DNA of 64,000 nucleotides from Mobula hypostoma (GCF_963921235.1 NC_086109.1:23500001-23564000), one strand, 5' to 3'; counted from the stretch's first letter, positions 47,201 through 59,952 are shown. Translations and numbers: made by a program. Notes: generated by a model from the sequence alone, not told the origin.

Positions 47201-48621
47201 CTTGATGAAATTGACAGAAATTAATATACTTTCATAATGTGGAAATGGATTTTTTTTCTTTCTTTTGTATTATCAGTTATAGAGATTCCAGTTTAACCGA
47301 AGCTTAGCACCTCACAGTGGTATTATTAATCAGAATTGGTTAGGATTTAAATGCATGCGAACTTGGGAAGAATTCAGCAGCTATTTCCTAAAGGTCATTG
47401 CATTTGAGTAATATCCTGAGGGAGGAAAATTAATACCTTTTTACTGAATTAATTAATTATATAATTTATCAGCACGGGTTCCTTCGAGATTTCACTCACA
47501 GGTGATTAAGTGGAAGACGCGGTAAGAGAGCTCCTCATTCTATTCAAATGCTTAGGCTATGCATTCAACTAAGAAATTACTTTTTTTTCTTTCCCTTTCT
47601 CTCAGAGTGTCTGAATGTTTTTCTTAAGTATGTCCCACTTGGGTATAAGGACTGTCACTCAGGCAGTCTTTAAAGTGACTTTTTGATAAGACAGAATCTC
47701 ATCAGTGGGTTTCTGTACAGTTTAAATTTGACCCCTTTTTATAACCAGGCTATTGTGGTGACATTCCTTTCTTGAAAAAAAAGATTTAATAAGCTTCCGT
47801 TCTGGTAATTATATCAAGCTCTGTTTCATGTGGGCTTGAGCAGAGAACTTGTGCTGGTGACGTCCAGCTGCCGGGAGTGAGATTTCAGCAGATTATTAAA
47901 CCCTCTGACATGCCTGCATTTCAAAAACAAGTGACTGCTTTATGGTGTTTTCTTGAGAAAAGGGGAATGAAAAAGAATGGGTAAAAGACAGAAGAAAAAG
48001 AGCAGGGTTGCATTTTAACACCTTTTATTACCAGTATATTGCTTCTAAAGTTTAATCACAGTCAGCTTGAGGTAAATATGCAGCTGGCTTGTGCACAGCA
48101 AGATCCCACCATCAGCAATCAATAATGACTAGTATCATTTTATTAGTGTTAGACGAGGAATACATTTTGGGCAGAGCATCTGGGGAGAAATATCCTGGAA
48201 TTTTTTTTTCACCATCACATCCACCTAAATTGGAAGATTTAATTTTTCTTCATGACTCTGGTCTACATAGTCTGTCTGGTGCTAAACTGAAATGAACACA
48301 AGTCAAAAATTAGACTGGCACCTTAAATTCATAGATGCTGCAGCCCATTTAAAATGATGCTGAGGGTTAGGGTTAAGGTGGGTGGAAAGAACAATGCAAT
48401 GAATGCTATCACTGGTCACTGGATTCATGCTGCTTTGGATGTGTTTTATTGACAGCATGGTGAAACCTAGACCCATCTGTGTATATGTCCAGGGCACTGG
48501 ACAATTGGTGTTGAGTTACGGGGCTCAGATTGAACTGATCATTTGTAACGGCTCCATAAACCGTCATTCGAAACACAAGTGGATCATAAATGGTAGCAGT
48601 GCTTGCAGCGGCAGGTTGTCA

Positions 48622-48812
48622 AAGAAGAAGAAGAGTAGCCCTTAACTCGGCAGTAGAGTTATCGGGGCACCGTCATGACGATGTTTCCGTAGCAAGCTGT
48701 TCTTGCTTTTACAAGGCCGAGTTGCTAGCTTGACGCTCAACCCGAAATGGATTCGAACTCGGGAACCTTCGCTCCGGAGTCCGGCGCTGATATTATTGCG
48801 CCACCCAGCGCG
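48622..48812 (-). mobile_element. tRNA-derived SINE (copy 2): same head/body as 7215-7461 but a different tail ending (CTT)n
   Basis: Shared ggactccggagcgaaggttcc.gagttcgaa and gggttgagcgtcaagctagc.actcggcct.gtaaaa; TSD gcag(g/a)ttgtca at 48611-48621 and 48816-48826. Confidence 0.85.
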
Positions 48813-48949
48813 ACAGCAGATTGTCAGGAACTTACAAAAAAAGAGCTCTGGAGTTGGGGTAACCTTTCTCTTAAGGTAATTGGTGGACAGGGATTTAAAA
48901 GCACTTGCCTGGGAATTGGACCCTTTCGTGCTCTTCTTTATGTAAAATA

Positions 48950-49445
48950 TAGAAGCTGCTACTGTGCAGTCGAGAATCTCCGGAGACGAAGGCCCCAAAT
49001 CCTCGGTTTTGCATATCACCTGTTGCTGGGGCAGGGGTCGAAGTCGAAGTGCTCGGCAGAGATGGTGCTCAGTGTTCGGTGTCAAAGAGGTGGGTCGGAG
49101 GCTCGGAGTTTTTTGGACGGACTCGGAGTCGGACTGTGGTCGGATGCTTCCGGTATGCTGCACTGGCAAATTGGTGGCGCTGGAGGTTTACCGTCTGCGT
49201 GAGATGATGGGACTTTCGAGAGACTTTGAGAATTTTACTGTGCCATGGTCTGTTCTTATCAAATTACGGTATTGCTTTGCACTGTTGTAACTATATGTTA
49301 TAATTATGTGGTTCTTGTTAGTTTTTAAGTCGGTTTGTCATGTGTTTTTGTGATATCATTCTGGAAAAACATTTTATCATTTCTTAATGCTTGCATTACT
49401 AAATGACAATAAAAGGGGACTGCGTGTCCTCATAATCATAATCAT
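48950..49445 (+). mobile_element. Non-coding retroposon with GC/CpG-rich body and Rex1-like tail (gacaataaa..(ataatc)n)
   Basis: CpG-rich segment followed by an AT-rich UTR resembling the 6500-6790 Rex1 UTR; family not identified. Confidence 0.5.
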
Positions 49446-49454
49446 GTATGCATA

Positions 49455-50180
49455 AATGGACCAGGACAGATTTGGAGAATGGGCAAAGGAGTGGCAGATG
49501 GAATGCAGTGTAGGGAAGTGGATGGTCATGCACTTTGGTAGAAGAAATAAAGGTATGGAGTATTTTCTAAATGGAAAGCAAATTCAGAAATCAGAGGTAC
49601 AAAGGAACTTGGGAATCCTTGTGCAGGATTCCCTAAAGGTTAATATGCACGTTGAGTCGGTGGTAAGGAAGGAAAATGCAGTGTAAACATTCATTTTGAC
49701 GGGACTAGAATATAAAAACAAGACTGAGGCTTTAAAGGCATCGGTCAGATTGTTGTGAGCAGTTTTCAGCCGCTTGTCTAAGAAGGATGTACCGGTGTTA
49801 GAAAGGGTCCAGGGGAGGTTCATGAGAATGATCCTGGAATGAAAGGGTTAACATATCAGTAGCATTTGATGGCGTTAGGCCTGTACTCACAGGAGTTTCG
49901 AAAATGGGGCAAGAGGGAATACTCTTGAAACCTTCCAAATATTAAACAGCCTAAATAGAGGAGATGTGGAGAGGATGTTTCCTATAGTGAAGAGTCTAGA
50001 ACCAAATAGCACAGCCTTAGAGTGGAAGGGCATCCCCTTAGAACAGAGATGAGTAGGAATCTCTTTAGCCAGAGGGAAGTGTATCTGTGGAATTTATTTC
50101 CAGGTGACTGTGGAGGATAAGTCTTTGAGTATATTTAAAGTAGAGATTGATAGGTTCTTGATAGGTTGATAGGGCTATTT
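49455..50180 (+). mobile_element. CR1 ORF2 3' fragment
   Basis: DQDRFGEWAKEWQMECSVGKWMVMHFGRRNK...QRNLGILVQDSLKV. Confidence 0.9.
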
Positions 50181-52315
50181 GAGTGGGAAGGTTAAGAAGT
50201 CAGAATTCTTCCATATAATGAATGTTTATGATAGAGTAAGTAAGGCAAAACTGTTTCCAACAGTTAAAGGGTCAATGAACAGAGGACAAAAGAAACAAAC
50301 GTAACATAAGGAAATATTATTCTACACAGGATTATGGAATGGAATGTATTGCCTAAACAGTGTAGGTGTGGATTCAAAGGTTCTTTCAAAGAGGGTATAG
50401 ATAAATATTAGAGAGAGAAAAGGAATCAAGGCTTCTGGGAAGGAGAAGAGGTCAATCAAATGGATAGTTTTTCCAAAAGGCCAAGATAAGCATGGTGCAC
50501 CGGAGATTCTGCAGATTCTGGAAATCTTGAGCAACACATACAAAATGCCAGAGGAACTCACCAGGTCAGGCAACATGAAAAGGAGGGAAATCTGAGTCCT
50601 GATGAAGAAAGTCGGCTGAAGCACTAACCATTTACTAGACTCGATAGATGCTGCCTGACTTGCTGAGTTCTTCTGGCATTTTGTGTGCATTACTTAAGAT
50701 AAGCATGGTAGGTGGAAAGACCTGCTGTGCTGTATGAGTCCATGATTCTTCGATTCTGTGATGCCAGTACCCGAGGCACAACCTTTGGAAGCAAATGGAA
50801 AATAACAGCAAGAGAATGAAATTTAATAAATATTTTTATTTAATTGTTGCTCCAGTTTGTGTCTTTCTCTGGCAGCTTCTTGTCTCTTTCCTCTTACATC
50901 CTCAGCAGATGCCCATCCAGTCACACTGAGCATGTCTTATGGGGATAGGTTGAGCGAGCTAGGGCTTTTTGCTTTGGAGTGAAGGAGAGTGACTTAATAA
51001 AGAAGTACAAGATGATAGCAGGCATAGATTGAGCAGACAGCCAAAGACTTTTTCCCAGGGTGGAAATGGCTAATACACGGGTGTTGTGTATTTAATACTT
51101 CAGGAAAATTTGAGTAATGTTGTAAATATTTTGCTTGATTAAGTATTCTTTGGTGTTTACATAATGCATTGTGAGTTATATGTAAAAGTACGTAAACGGC
51201 ATACGTCATCACGCCACCACATGATATGCGCATGTCTCACTTAAAGTTAAAACTAAACTAGAGGCACATTATCTCTCGGCTCCCTTGTTTTCTTTACGAC
51301 CAGCTTATATGTTTTGGAGCTACTAAACATAACTGTGGCAATCAGGAAGTTTTAAATGAATCTGAGACAATTATCTACCTGCTGAAGCGCAGCGAGATAT
51401 TCGAGTTAAAAAAAAGTGCACCCGAGAAGTGATCAAGTTAAAAAAGCAGCACTGCCTGAGATTCTTCTGAAGGGATGGACATAGGCGAGTTTAAAAATTG
51501 GCAGAAAACAGTCAAATTCACGGGTTCATAAACAATGATAATTGTTAATTGTAATCATACGTGATTACGTGATATGTGATATTATGTGATATGTGATTAG
51601 GTGATAGCCATAAATAATGAGCAGAAATGGCTGGCTACATTGGGAAGATAGACACGCTCAATTGCACAACAGATAAATGGATTTTATATGTTGAACGGAT
51701 TGAGCAGCATTTTGAAGCAAATGAAATAGCCAATGAGAAGCAAGTACAGTAGCAGGTTTGCTGAGTGTGTTGTATTTAAAGGCGTACAGTTTGCTTAGAG
51801 ATTTAACTGCTGAAACCAAACCAGTGGATGTGAAATTTGCTGGTATTGTGAAAGTAATGCAGGCACATTTAGAACCAAAACTACTGTTGATTGCAGAATG
51901 CTTTAGGTTTCATAGGCAGAATCAAGAGAAGGATAGTCAATTTCAATGTACATGGCTGAACTGAAGAGATTGTCTGAGCACTGTCAGTTCAGTAATGGGC
52001 TTAATGATGCACTGAGAGACCGTTTAGCTTGTGGAATCTTACAAGAAAGCGTTCAAAAACAGCTCCTAACTGAAGCACACTTACTTTTAAAAGAGCCGTA
52101 TCAAAGGAAACAGCAGACTGAGACTCAATTGAGTTGCAGTCAGGAATGAAAGTGAGCGTGAACCAAATTGCAGCATCTGAACAGAAGCTGGCCTGGCTGA
52201 ACGAATTGTGTTACTGTTATACAGGGGCTCACGTGCGCTAGAACAATGCAGCTTTAAAAGTGAAACCTAAAAAAAATGCAACAAAGAGCACGTCAGGCAG
52301 ACAAAAATAAGATCG

Positions 52316-54862
52316 TAGGGTAACGTAATGGGTGACAGATGACACACATTGTTCATAATATAAACTGTTCTACATACTGTAATTCACAAACACCACCATT
52401 GAGTTGTTGTGTTCGCTTTAAGAGATGCTGTCTAACATAATAATGTCAGTGCAAGGAGACTGCTTTTGGTTTGTTCATAATGGAAGTTAAGGGTGGCGCC
52501 TTTTGTTTAGCACATAAAATGGCTCTCACATGTTTTATTCACAAAATCCTACACTGGTGACCATGACACTCTTGGACAATTCCAGAGTTACTCAACAACA
52601 CGTCAACCAACACAGTTGCATTGAAACTGCCGGAGTTTTGGGAGCAGAACGCTACCATGTGGTTTACACGGGCGAATGTTCAGTTTGTGCTGCAAGGGTA
52701 ACAGCGGACAATACAAATTTTACTACCTCATAGCATCGCTAAGTAGCCAGAGTGGTGAGTTTACCTGCCTGCACATGATAAATATGCCACTCTGAAAACT
52801 CACCTGTTACAGACTTTTGCACCATTTGAGTGTTCCAAACAGTTGCTCTCCTTGGTTGGCCTGGGTGACAGTAGGCCATCAGAACTAATGGAACTTTCCT
52901 GGGCAATAACCATCCTAGTTTTATTTTTAAAGAACCTTTTATGCAACAGATGCCTGATCAAGTTCACACAGCCCTCACTAATACTCCCGTGAAGAACTAT
53001 AGAGTGCTTGCTAAAATGTCCGACAGTCTACACTCAGTCAGGCAGAGGTGCATCATTTCTTCTCCTTTCCCTGTCTCAATAAGCCCTGTCAGCAGAGCCT
53101 CCAGCAGACTCATGCCTGCGGCTCCTAACCTGACAAGACTGGGTCTGTGCTTTTACCTTGAACGCTTCGGCACGATTGCTAAGATGTGCCAACCGCCATG
53201 CAGCTTCGAGGGTGCCAGCACACTGGGACATTGGAAGTCTATGAGCACCGTGAATTCCGGCTGCCAGGGTCATCTGTTGTTCATTAGAGGCACCCTTTCA
53301 GGTCAACGCTTCTTATATGACGTAGGCACTCAAGTGAGTGTGCTGTCCATTGATGATAAGGCAGAGAGCGATGGGCCCTTGCTGGAGGCCGCCAATGACT
53401 GCAGGATCCAGACTTATGGGACACGACATGTGACACTCTGCTTCAGTGGAAGAACACGTGCAGCTTCTGCTTGAACAAAGTTGCTGGACCTCTGCTCAGC
53501 ACAGATACCCTGTGTGTTAAAAGACTGTTAGTAGATCTTAAGAACTGCCAGCTTGTGGAAGCAAAGGACTTTGGGTCATTACCCTGTCTACCCAGTAGGT
53601 TCCCCATGATGGCTCTGTCTAGTGCATGCACTGCCGCATGTGACTTCACTCACCTGCAGGGTGAATTCCCAAACCTCACTAAGCCCACACTCTCCACCCT
53701 GTCACAAAGCATGCGATTGAGCACCACACTTTCACAACTGGCTCGCTGGTCCATGCCCATGCACATAGATCGGACTCAGAAAAACTGGCCAGCACAAAGG
53801 CCAAGTTTGCTAACATGGAAATGCTTGACATTGTATGCAGGTCAAATAGCCCTTGGAGCTTTACCCCTCTTGGTCCCTAAGCCCAATGGTGGTTGCGTTC
53901 CATGCTGTGATTACTGCCGCCTTAACGAAGCCACCATCCCCAATCGTTACCCTGTCCCACGTATTCAAGACTCTTCTGCGCATTAGCTGGAAAGATAATT
54001 TTTTTATAAAGTGGACTTAGTTAGGGGCTAACATCAGTTACCTGTGTGCACTGGGGACATTCCCAAACTACTGTTATAACCCCGTTTGGCCTATTTGTGT
54101 TTCTGTGCATGCTGCTTGGGCTGATAAATGCAGTACAGACTTCCCAGCGACTAGTAGACTCTGTGTTAAAAGACTTAGATTTTCTTTTTGTTTACCTGGG
54201 CGTGTGCTTGTCGCCAGCGCATCTAAAACCGAACAGTTGTCAGATCTGCACACACTCTTCAAGTGCTTAAGCCAGCCTGGGCTGATTATTAATCCCACTA
54301 AATGCCAGTTCAGGTTGTCTGCTATTGACTTTCTCAGCCATTGCATCACCGCAGTAGGTGCTGTCAGAAGTCGCTGCTATTATCTACTTCCCACTGCCCT
54401 GCAAGAGTTTCTAGGTATGGTGGATTTCTATTTCCATTTCATTCTGTGAGCTGCTGAATTTATGCTGCCATCAAGGGCACTGCCCCTAATCGCATGTTTG
54501 AGTGTCAGCTGACATGACCAGAGCACTTGATGACACCAAACAAGCTGTTTCGAGCATGGCCCTACTGGTGCACTTGCTTCCCAAAACACCTATAGGTATC
54601 ACTACTGATGTCTCAGATTGTGTTTGGGTGCTGTGCATGAATAGTTGGATAGAGACGTGTGGCAGCCGCTTGTCTTCTTCGCCCGGCAGCTCCACTCCAC
54701 CTCCCCCTCCCAGAGGAATTACAGCACATTTGATCGTGAGCTTCTTGGTCTCCATCTGACCATCCACCATTTTTGTTTTCTACTGGAGGGTCAGTATTTC
54801 ACTGCATTCATTGACCACAAATTCCTCAGGCACACAATGGCCTACACGTCAGACCCTCACTT
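52316..54862 (+). mobile_element. Second Gypsy element B nested in A (LTR-like about 52316-52555, gag, protease, RT, RNase H; 3'-truncated)
   Basis: PBS-like tggtgacc near 52557; peptides ALKLPEFWEQN, FLYDVGTQVSVL, VPKPNGG..DYCRLNEATIPNRYPVPRIQD, ITPFGLF..GLINAVQTSQRLVDSVL, WQPLVFFARQL..QRNYSTFDRELL..FTAFIDHK; many frameshifts. Confidence 0.9.
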
Positions 54863-54964
54863 TGCAGAACCTCATCATTCTTCCTACCCATGTCATTGGA
54901 CTATGGACTACACGGACTATGACCTCAGGCTGTTCAACCTCCCACTCAAAAATGCTGAGGACTC

Positions 54965-55690
54965 GATCTGAGATGTCATGTGCCCTGGCACCCGGGAGGC
55001 GACATACCATCCGGGAATCTCATTCTCATCCACAGAATTTCCCTTTTGTTCCCCGAACTAACGAATCCCCTATCACCACAGCCTGCTTCTTCCCCCTCCT
55101 TCACTTGAGTCGCAGAGCCAGACTCAGTGCCAGAGACTTGACCGCTGTGACTTTCCTCTGTTAGGTCTTCCCCCCACAACAATATCCAAAGTGGTACACC
55201 TGTTGCTGAGGGAAATGGCCACAGGAGTTCTCTGCACTAGCTGTTTAATCCCTTTCTCCTTGCTGACTATCACCCAGTTTCCTGTGTCCTGCACCTTGGG
55301 TGTAACTACCTCTCTAAATGTCCTATCTATCACCCCTTCAGCCTCCCGAATGATCTGGAGTTTATCCAGTTCCAGCTCCAATTCCTTAACGTGGATTGTT
55401 AGAAGCTGCAGCTGGATGCACTTTTTGCAGGTGTAGTTGTCAGGGCCACTGGACTTCCCACATTCTGGAAGGGGAGCATTCAACTATCCTACCTGGCATC
55501 CTTACTGTTCTAACTGTGCAAATATAAAGAAAGAAAAACAATAAATAAACTGGGAAAAAAATCTACCTACAGCTTTTTACTTTCTCTCACTCAAGTCTCC
55601 TCACTGAAGTCTTGAATTTAAAGCCTCAAGATCCCCAGTCTAACATGGTCGAGTCCAATGATGGCTGCTCCAACAATGGCCGCTCCACTT
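54965..55690 (-). mobile_element. CR1 5' UTR + ORF1 N-terminal part
   Basis: Peptide PDNYTCKKCIQLQLLTIHVKELELELDKLQIIREAEGVIDRTFREVVTP..WVIV..PVAISLSNRCTTL (zinc finger/coiled coil of CR1 ORF1). Confidence 0.85.
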
Positions 55691-57371
55691 GTCCCAGCCT
55701 TATTGTAATTTGTCCCCGCCAAGGAATCCTGATCACTGATTGGCCATTGCACAAAATACCAAAGGGCTCTGAGGCAGTGCTTCATGTACTCAAATCGGAG
55801 AACCTGGGTTGGGTTGCATTCTAAATTATATTTGAGTTCATATCTAAGTATGGAGGAGTGTTGCATATTTAATATTTTGGAAATATTTGAAGAATACAGT
55901 ATTGTAAATATATTGAATATATTTTTTTGATTGAGCATTCTTTGTTGTTTTCATAATGCACTGCAGATTACATGTAAAACTACGTAAATGGCATACGTCA
56001 TTTCACCACCACATGACATGCGCATAGCTAGCTTAAAGTAAAATTGAAACTATACACACATTATCTCATGGCTCCCTTGTTTTCCTTTCAATTAGTTTCT
56101 TTTGGAGTTAGAAAACAGAACATCAGGGACAAAATTTTAATGTATTTGGAAGAAGGAATAAAGGGGATGGCGGAGGTATGTTTTTTGCACAGGTAGTAGT
56201 GGGTGCATGCAATGCCCTGCCAGGGGTGGTGGTAGATTCAGATACATTAGGGACATTTAAGAAACTCTCGGATAGGCACATGGATGATAGAAAAAACGAG
56301 CTCTATGTAGGAGGGAAGATTTAGATTGATCTTAGAGTAGATTAAAAAGGTCGGCACAACATTGTGGACTGAAGTGCCCATACTGTGCTGTATGTTCTAT
56401 GTTCTATTAAATGACAGCACAACGTTGTGGTCTGTACTGAGCTGTAATTTTCTGTGTTCTCTTTTCTAATGTCAAGAATCTGAATGCTTTTTGGAAACAT
56501 TTACAGTGGTAGAACAGTTAGCTTTGCAATTTTTGCTTAAAAGTAGTAAAATCAACCAGAATCCTGTTTAAGTAAATTGAGCAATGTTTATTTATAGGAG
56601 TCAGAAATATATAAATAGTGAGATATATTAATATTGCATTTCTAAACCAAGCAGAAGGAATCTCATCCGAAGTGAGTAAACCTACATAGACCTGGCCTTG
56701 TTTGAGTCAACAGATGTCTGGTACAAGGTCCTGAAGCCTAAACGCTTTCATCACTTGAGATGCTTCTTTCACCAGATGGTAAACAGATGAGCTGATGCAA
56801 GGGTGGTCTCTGACCTTTGGCCTCTCAAGATGGTTTGATCCACGCATTCTGTGCGAAGACTTGAAAAAAAAGTTACCTGACAAAATCAGATTTTGTTTGC
56901 CAGTTTCCTTCCTAGCTCTCCTGCAAGTTACTAAAATCTTGTTAGGAAACAATTTCATATGTTAAAGAATCTTACTCCACTTTAACTGCTCATCTTCGCT
57001 CATGAGGCCAGGCAGTGAATCTTGTTTTGTAACGAAGGCTATCAGAGAAAATCCTGTGAATCAAAAGAACAATTGAACAATTGAATCCTGTCCCATTTTC
57101 ACAGCTAATCCAATAAAAATCTGCCAATTCTGTATGGGTTTGACGTTCCTTGTTTGTTTCACTTAGCACTGCCAGAAGAGGTGAAATTAAACATCAAATC
57201 TTTAGACCATAAGACATAAGATATAGGAGCAGAATTAGGCTATTTGGTCCTTTGAGTCAGCTCCTCCATTCCGTCATGGCTGATTTATTTTCCCTCTTAA
57301 CCCCATTCTCCCGCCTTCTCCCCATAATCCTTTACACTCAAAATTCAAAGTTTAAAGTAAACTTATCATCA

Positions 57372-58326
57372 GTAGAGCTACTAGGACTTGATGTTTCAAT
57401 CCCTATGGTAAGTTGACACTCTCGAAGTTGGCAGTGGGTTTGGAGTGGTGACAAGGAGGGAGGGTAGGTACGTCATCGGGGTCATCAGGTGGGCACCCTC
57501 CTTCTTTGATGTTTCGTTGATAAGCTCACAACGTCTCCGGAGGGCTCAACGTTGCTACCTGGTGTCCCTGATACACCCCCTCAGTTCCATACCCTCCTGT
57601 CTTCATCTTGCAGCCCAGTTGTTGTCTTTCCTTTTAATCCAAATCCAATTGCTGCTTTCTTCTGCTGCATTTGACAAGGACTTGATTGCTTGTTGGAGGG
57701 AGTGACCCCTCACCCCCATCTTCTTCAATAGACTGGTCGTAGATGTAGCAACAAATCCCCTGCATCCCACTTCTACAGGGAAAATCTTGGTCTTCCAGCC
57801 ATTCTGGGCAGCTTCAGTTGCCAGTTCAGAGGACTTGGTCTTTTTCCTCTCATAAGCTTCTTCGACACCATCTTCCCATGGTACTGACAATTCCACAACA
57901 TACGCCAGCTTGGCTGTTGTGGACCACAGGACCATGTCTGGCCGGAGTGTTGTAGCCGCAATGTCTGGGGGAAACACAAACTTTTTTTCCAAGTCCACGT
58001 CCATTTTCCAATCCCCAGCAACCTGCAGAATGCTTACATCTTTTGATGTTATGTGGTGCTCTGGAGGTTGGCCTGCTGGTACAAATCGCGTGATGAGAAC
58101 ATTTCCTGCCGACGTTTGTGGGAGAGCATTTGTGGTGATTCACTTCTGTTCCAAGATTGATGCCAGCTGTCTGAGAACTTGGTTATGCCGTCAAGTGTAC
58201 TGCCCCTGAGTGAGGCTCGTGGTGCGTCCTGTTAAAATGTGCCTTAGTGATCCAGGTGTTTGACAAAGAAAGCAAGCGGGGTCTTCTCCCCACCACTGGT
58301 TCAGGTTCTGGGGTGTGGGTAGGAGG
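57372..58326 (-). mobile_element. HERO-like (R2 group) non-LTR retroelement 3' part: zinc knuckle + restriction-like endonuclease + 3' UTR
   Basis: LPTPQNLNQWWGEDPACFLCQTPGSLRHILTG..RHNQVLRQLA, followed by ORF 57603-58004 TLRPDMVLWS..VVELSVPWE..AYERKKTK..PVEVGCRGF (PD-(D/E)xK RLE). Confidence 0.88.
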
Positions 58327-58329
58327 CCA

Positions 58330-59257
58330 TAAGTATATATATATCACCATGTACAACCCTGAGATTTTGTTCTTGTGGGCACATTCAGAAATTCTAAGAA
58401 ATATAACAGATTCAGTGAAAGACTACACCTAACAGGACAGACAAACAACCATTGTACAATAGACAACAAATTATGCAAATACAAAGAGGAAAAATAAATA
58501 CATCAGCATAAGTATTGAGAACGTGAGATGAAGAGTTCTTGAAAGCAAGTTGTGGTAACATTTTAGTGACGTGGCGAGTGAAGATGAGCGAAGTTATCTC
58601 CTGTGATTGAAGGTCGAGGGACAATGACTGCTCCTGAACCTGGTGTGTGGGTCCTGAGGCTCCTGCACCTTCTTCCTGATGGCAGCAACGAGAGGTGAGC
58701 ATGGTCCGGGTGGTGGGGATCCTCCATGACAAATGCTGCTTCTGTGCAACAGCGCTCCATGTAGATGTGCTCAATGTTGGGGATGGTTTAACAGGCCACA
58801 ATGCAACCAGTCAATATACTCTCCACAACACATCTATAGAAGTTTGTCCAAGTGTTAGTTGTCATGCCGAATCTTTGCACACTTCTAAGCAAGTAGAGGT
58901 GCGGCCATGCTGCACCTACGTTGATGAAGGTTGCGGGGGAGATGTTGTTGCCAATCTGAACTGACTGGGGTCTGCAGGTGAGGAAATCAAGGATCCAATT
59001 GAAGCTTATTGATTAGATTTGAGAGGATGATAATAATAATTGAAGAGCTGTAGGCAATAAAGAGCATCCTGATGTATGCATCTTTGCTGTCCAGAGGTTC
59101 AAGGTTGAAGGGTTGAATGAAGAGCCAATGAAATGGCATTAGCAGGAGACCTGTTGGGTCGGTAGGCGAAGTGACGCAGAACCAAGTCACTTTTCAGGCA
59201 GGAGTTGATATGTTTCATCACCAACCTCTCAAAGTGGATGTAAATACTGCTGGATGA
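58330..59257 (-). mobile_element. Rex1/Babar fragment whose extreme tail (about 57340-57371) is separated from it by the HERO insertion
   Basis: Peptides EDPHHPDHAHLSLLPSGRRCRSLRTH and LDSKDAYIRMLFIAYSS; tail aaagtaaacttatcatca|aagtatatat. Confidence 0.8.
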
Positions 59258-59715
59258 CCCTCTTACTAATCAAGAAACTATTAACCTCCACTTCAAATAT
59301 AACCAATGATTCGACCTCTGTAGCTGTCTGTTGCAATGAATTCCACAGATTCACCACCCTCTGGCTTAAGAAGTTCCTCCTCATCTCTGTTCTAAAGAGA
59401 CATCCTTCTATTTTGAGGCAGTGCCCTCTGGTCCTAGACTCTTCCACTATCATAAACATGCTCCCAACATCCACGTTATCCACCCTTTCAATGTCCAATA
59501 GGTTTCGATGAGATCCCCCCTCATTTTTCCAAATTCCAGCAAGTACAGCGCAGGACCATCAAAAACTCCTCCTATGTTAACCCTTTCATTCCCAGGATCA
59601 TTCTCATGCATTACCCCTGGAATCTCTCCAATGCTAGTACATTGTTTTTTAGATAAGGGGCCCAAAACTGTTCCTATTACTCCAAATAAGGCCTGAACAA
59701 TGCCTTATAAAGGCT
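59258..59715 (-). mobile_element. CR1 3' fragment (its tail lies at about 57205-57337)
   Basis: SRTRGHCLKIEGCLFRTEMRRNFLSQRVVNLWNSL. Confidence 0.88.
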
Positions 59716-59774
59716 TTATGACATATTCGACTAACTCTTTATCATCCTTGTTTTAAAATCCTATTTACTTACCA

Positions 59775-59952
59775 CAAAATAATCTGCAGATGCTGGGGTC
59801 AAAGCAACACTCACAACACGCTGGAGGACTTCAGCAGGTCGGGCAGCATCCGTGGAAGCGATGAGTCGACATTCCGGCCCGAAACGTCGACTCATCGTTT
59901 CCACGGATGCTGCCTGACCTGTTGAGTTCCTCCAGCGTGTTGTGAGTGTTAC
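59775..59952. mobile_element. Fold-back PLE-terminus element (head-to-head pLTR fragments)
   Basis: About 66-bp inverted arms 59806-59871 / 59885-59950 with few mismatches; 10-bp TSD ttacttacca (59765-59774, 59953-59962). Confidence 0.85.

Larger units (their letters stand above)
51082..56122 (+). mobile_element. Decayed Ty3/Gypsy LTR retrotransposon A (5' LTR about 51082-51334, gag about 51627-52300, 3' LTR 55859-56122), inserted in a CR1 3' fragment
   Basis: Two alignable TG..CA-type LTRs; PBS-like tggcaatcagg after the 5' LTR; purine tract aagtatggaggag before the 3' LTR; gag peptide MAGYIGKID..WILYVERIEQHFEAN..LEPKLLLIAECFRFHRQNQ..LNDALRDRLACGI. Host CR1 is continuous across the insertion. 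Confidence 0.85.

Noticed and set aside
48642..49290. Overlapping 175-, 151- and 108-aa ORFs
   Set aside because: Span a SINE and a GC-rich retroposon body; no recognisable domain.
51560..51606. Short tandem (a/t)tgtgat array resembling a regulatory or CRISPR-like repeat
   Set aside because: Degenerate 7-9 bp microsatellite in the Gypsy leader; no spacers; eukaryotic context.
57603..58004. Stand-alone or domesticated nuclease gene
   Set aside because: Upstream frame has stops and frameshifts, the element is 5'-truncated and nested in other repeats; it is a retroelement remnant.
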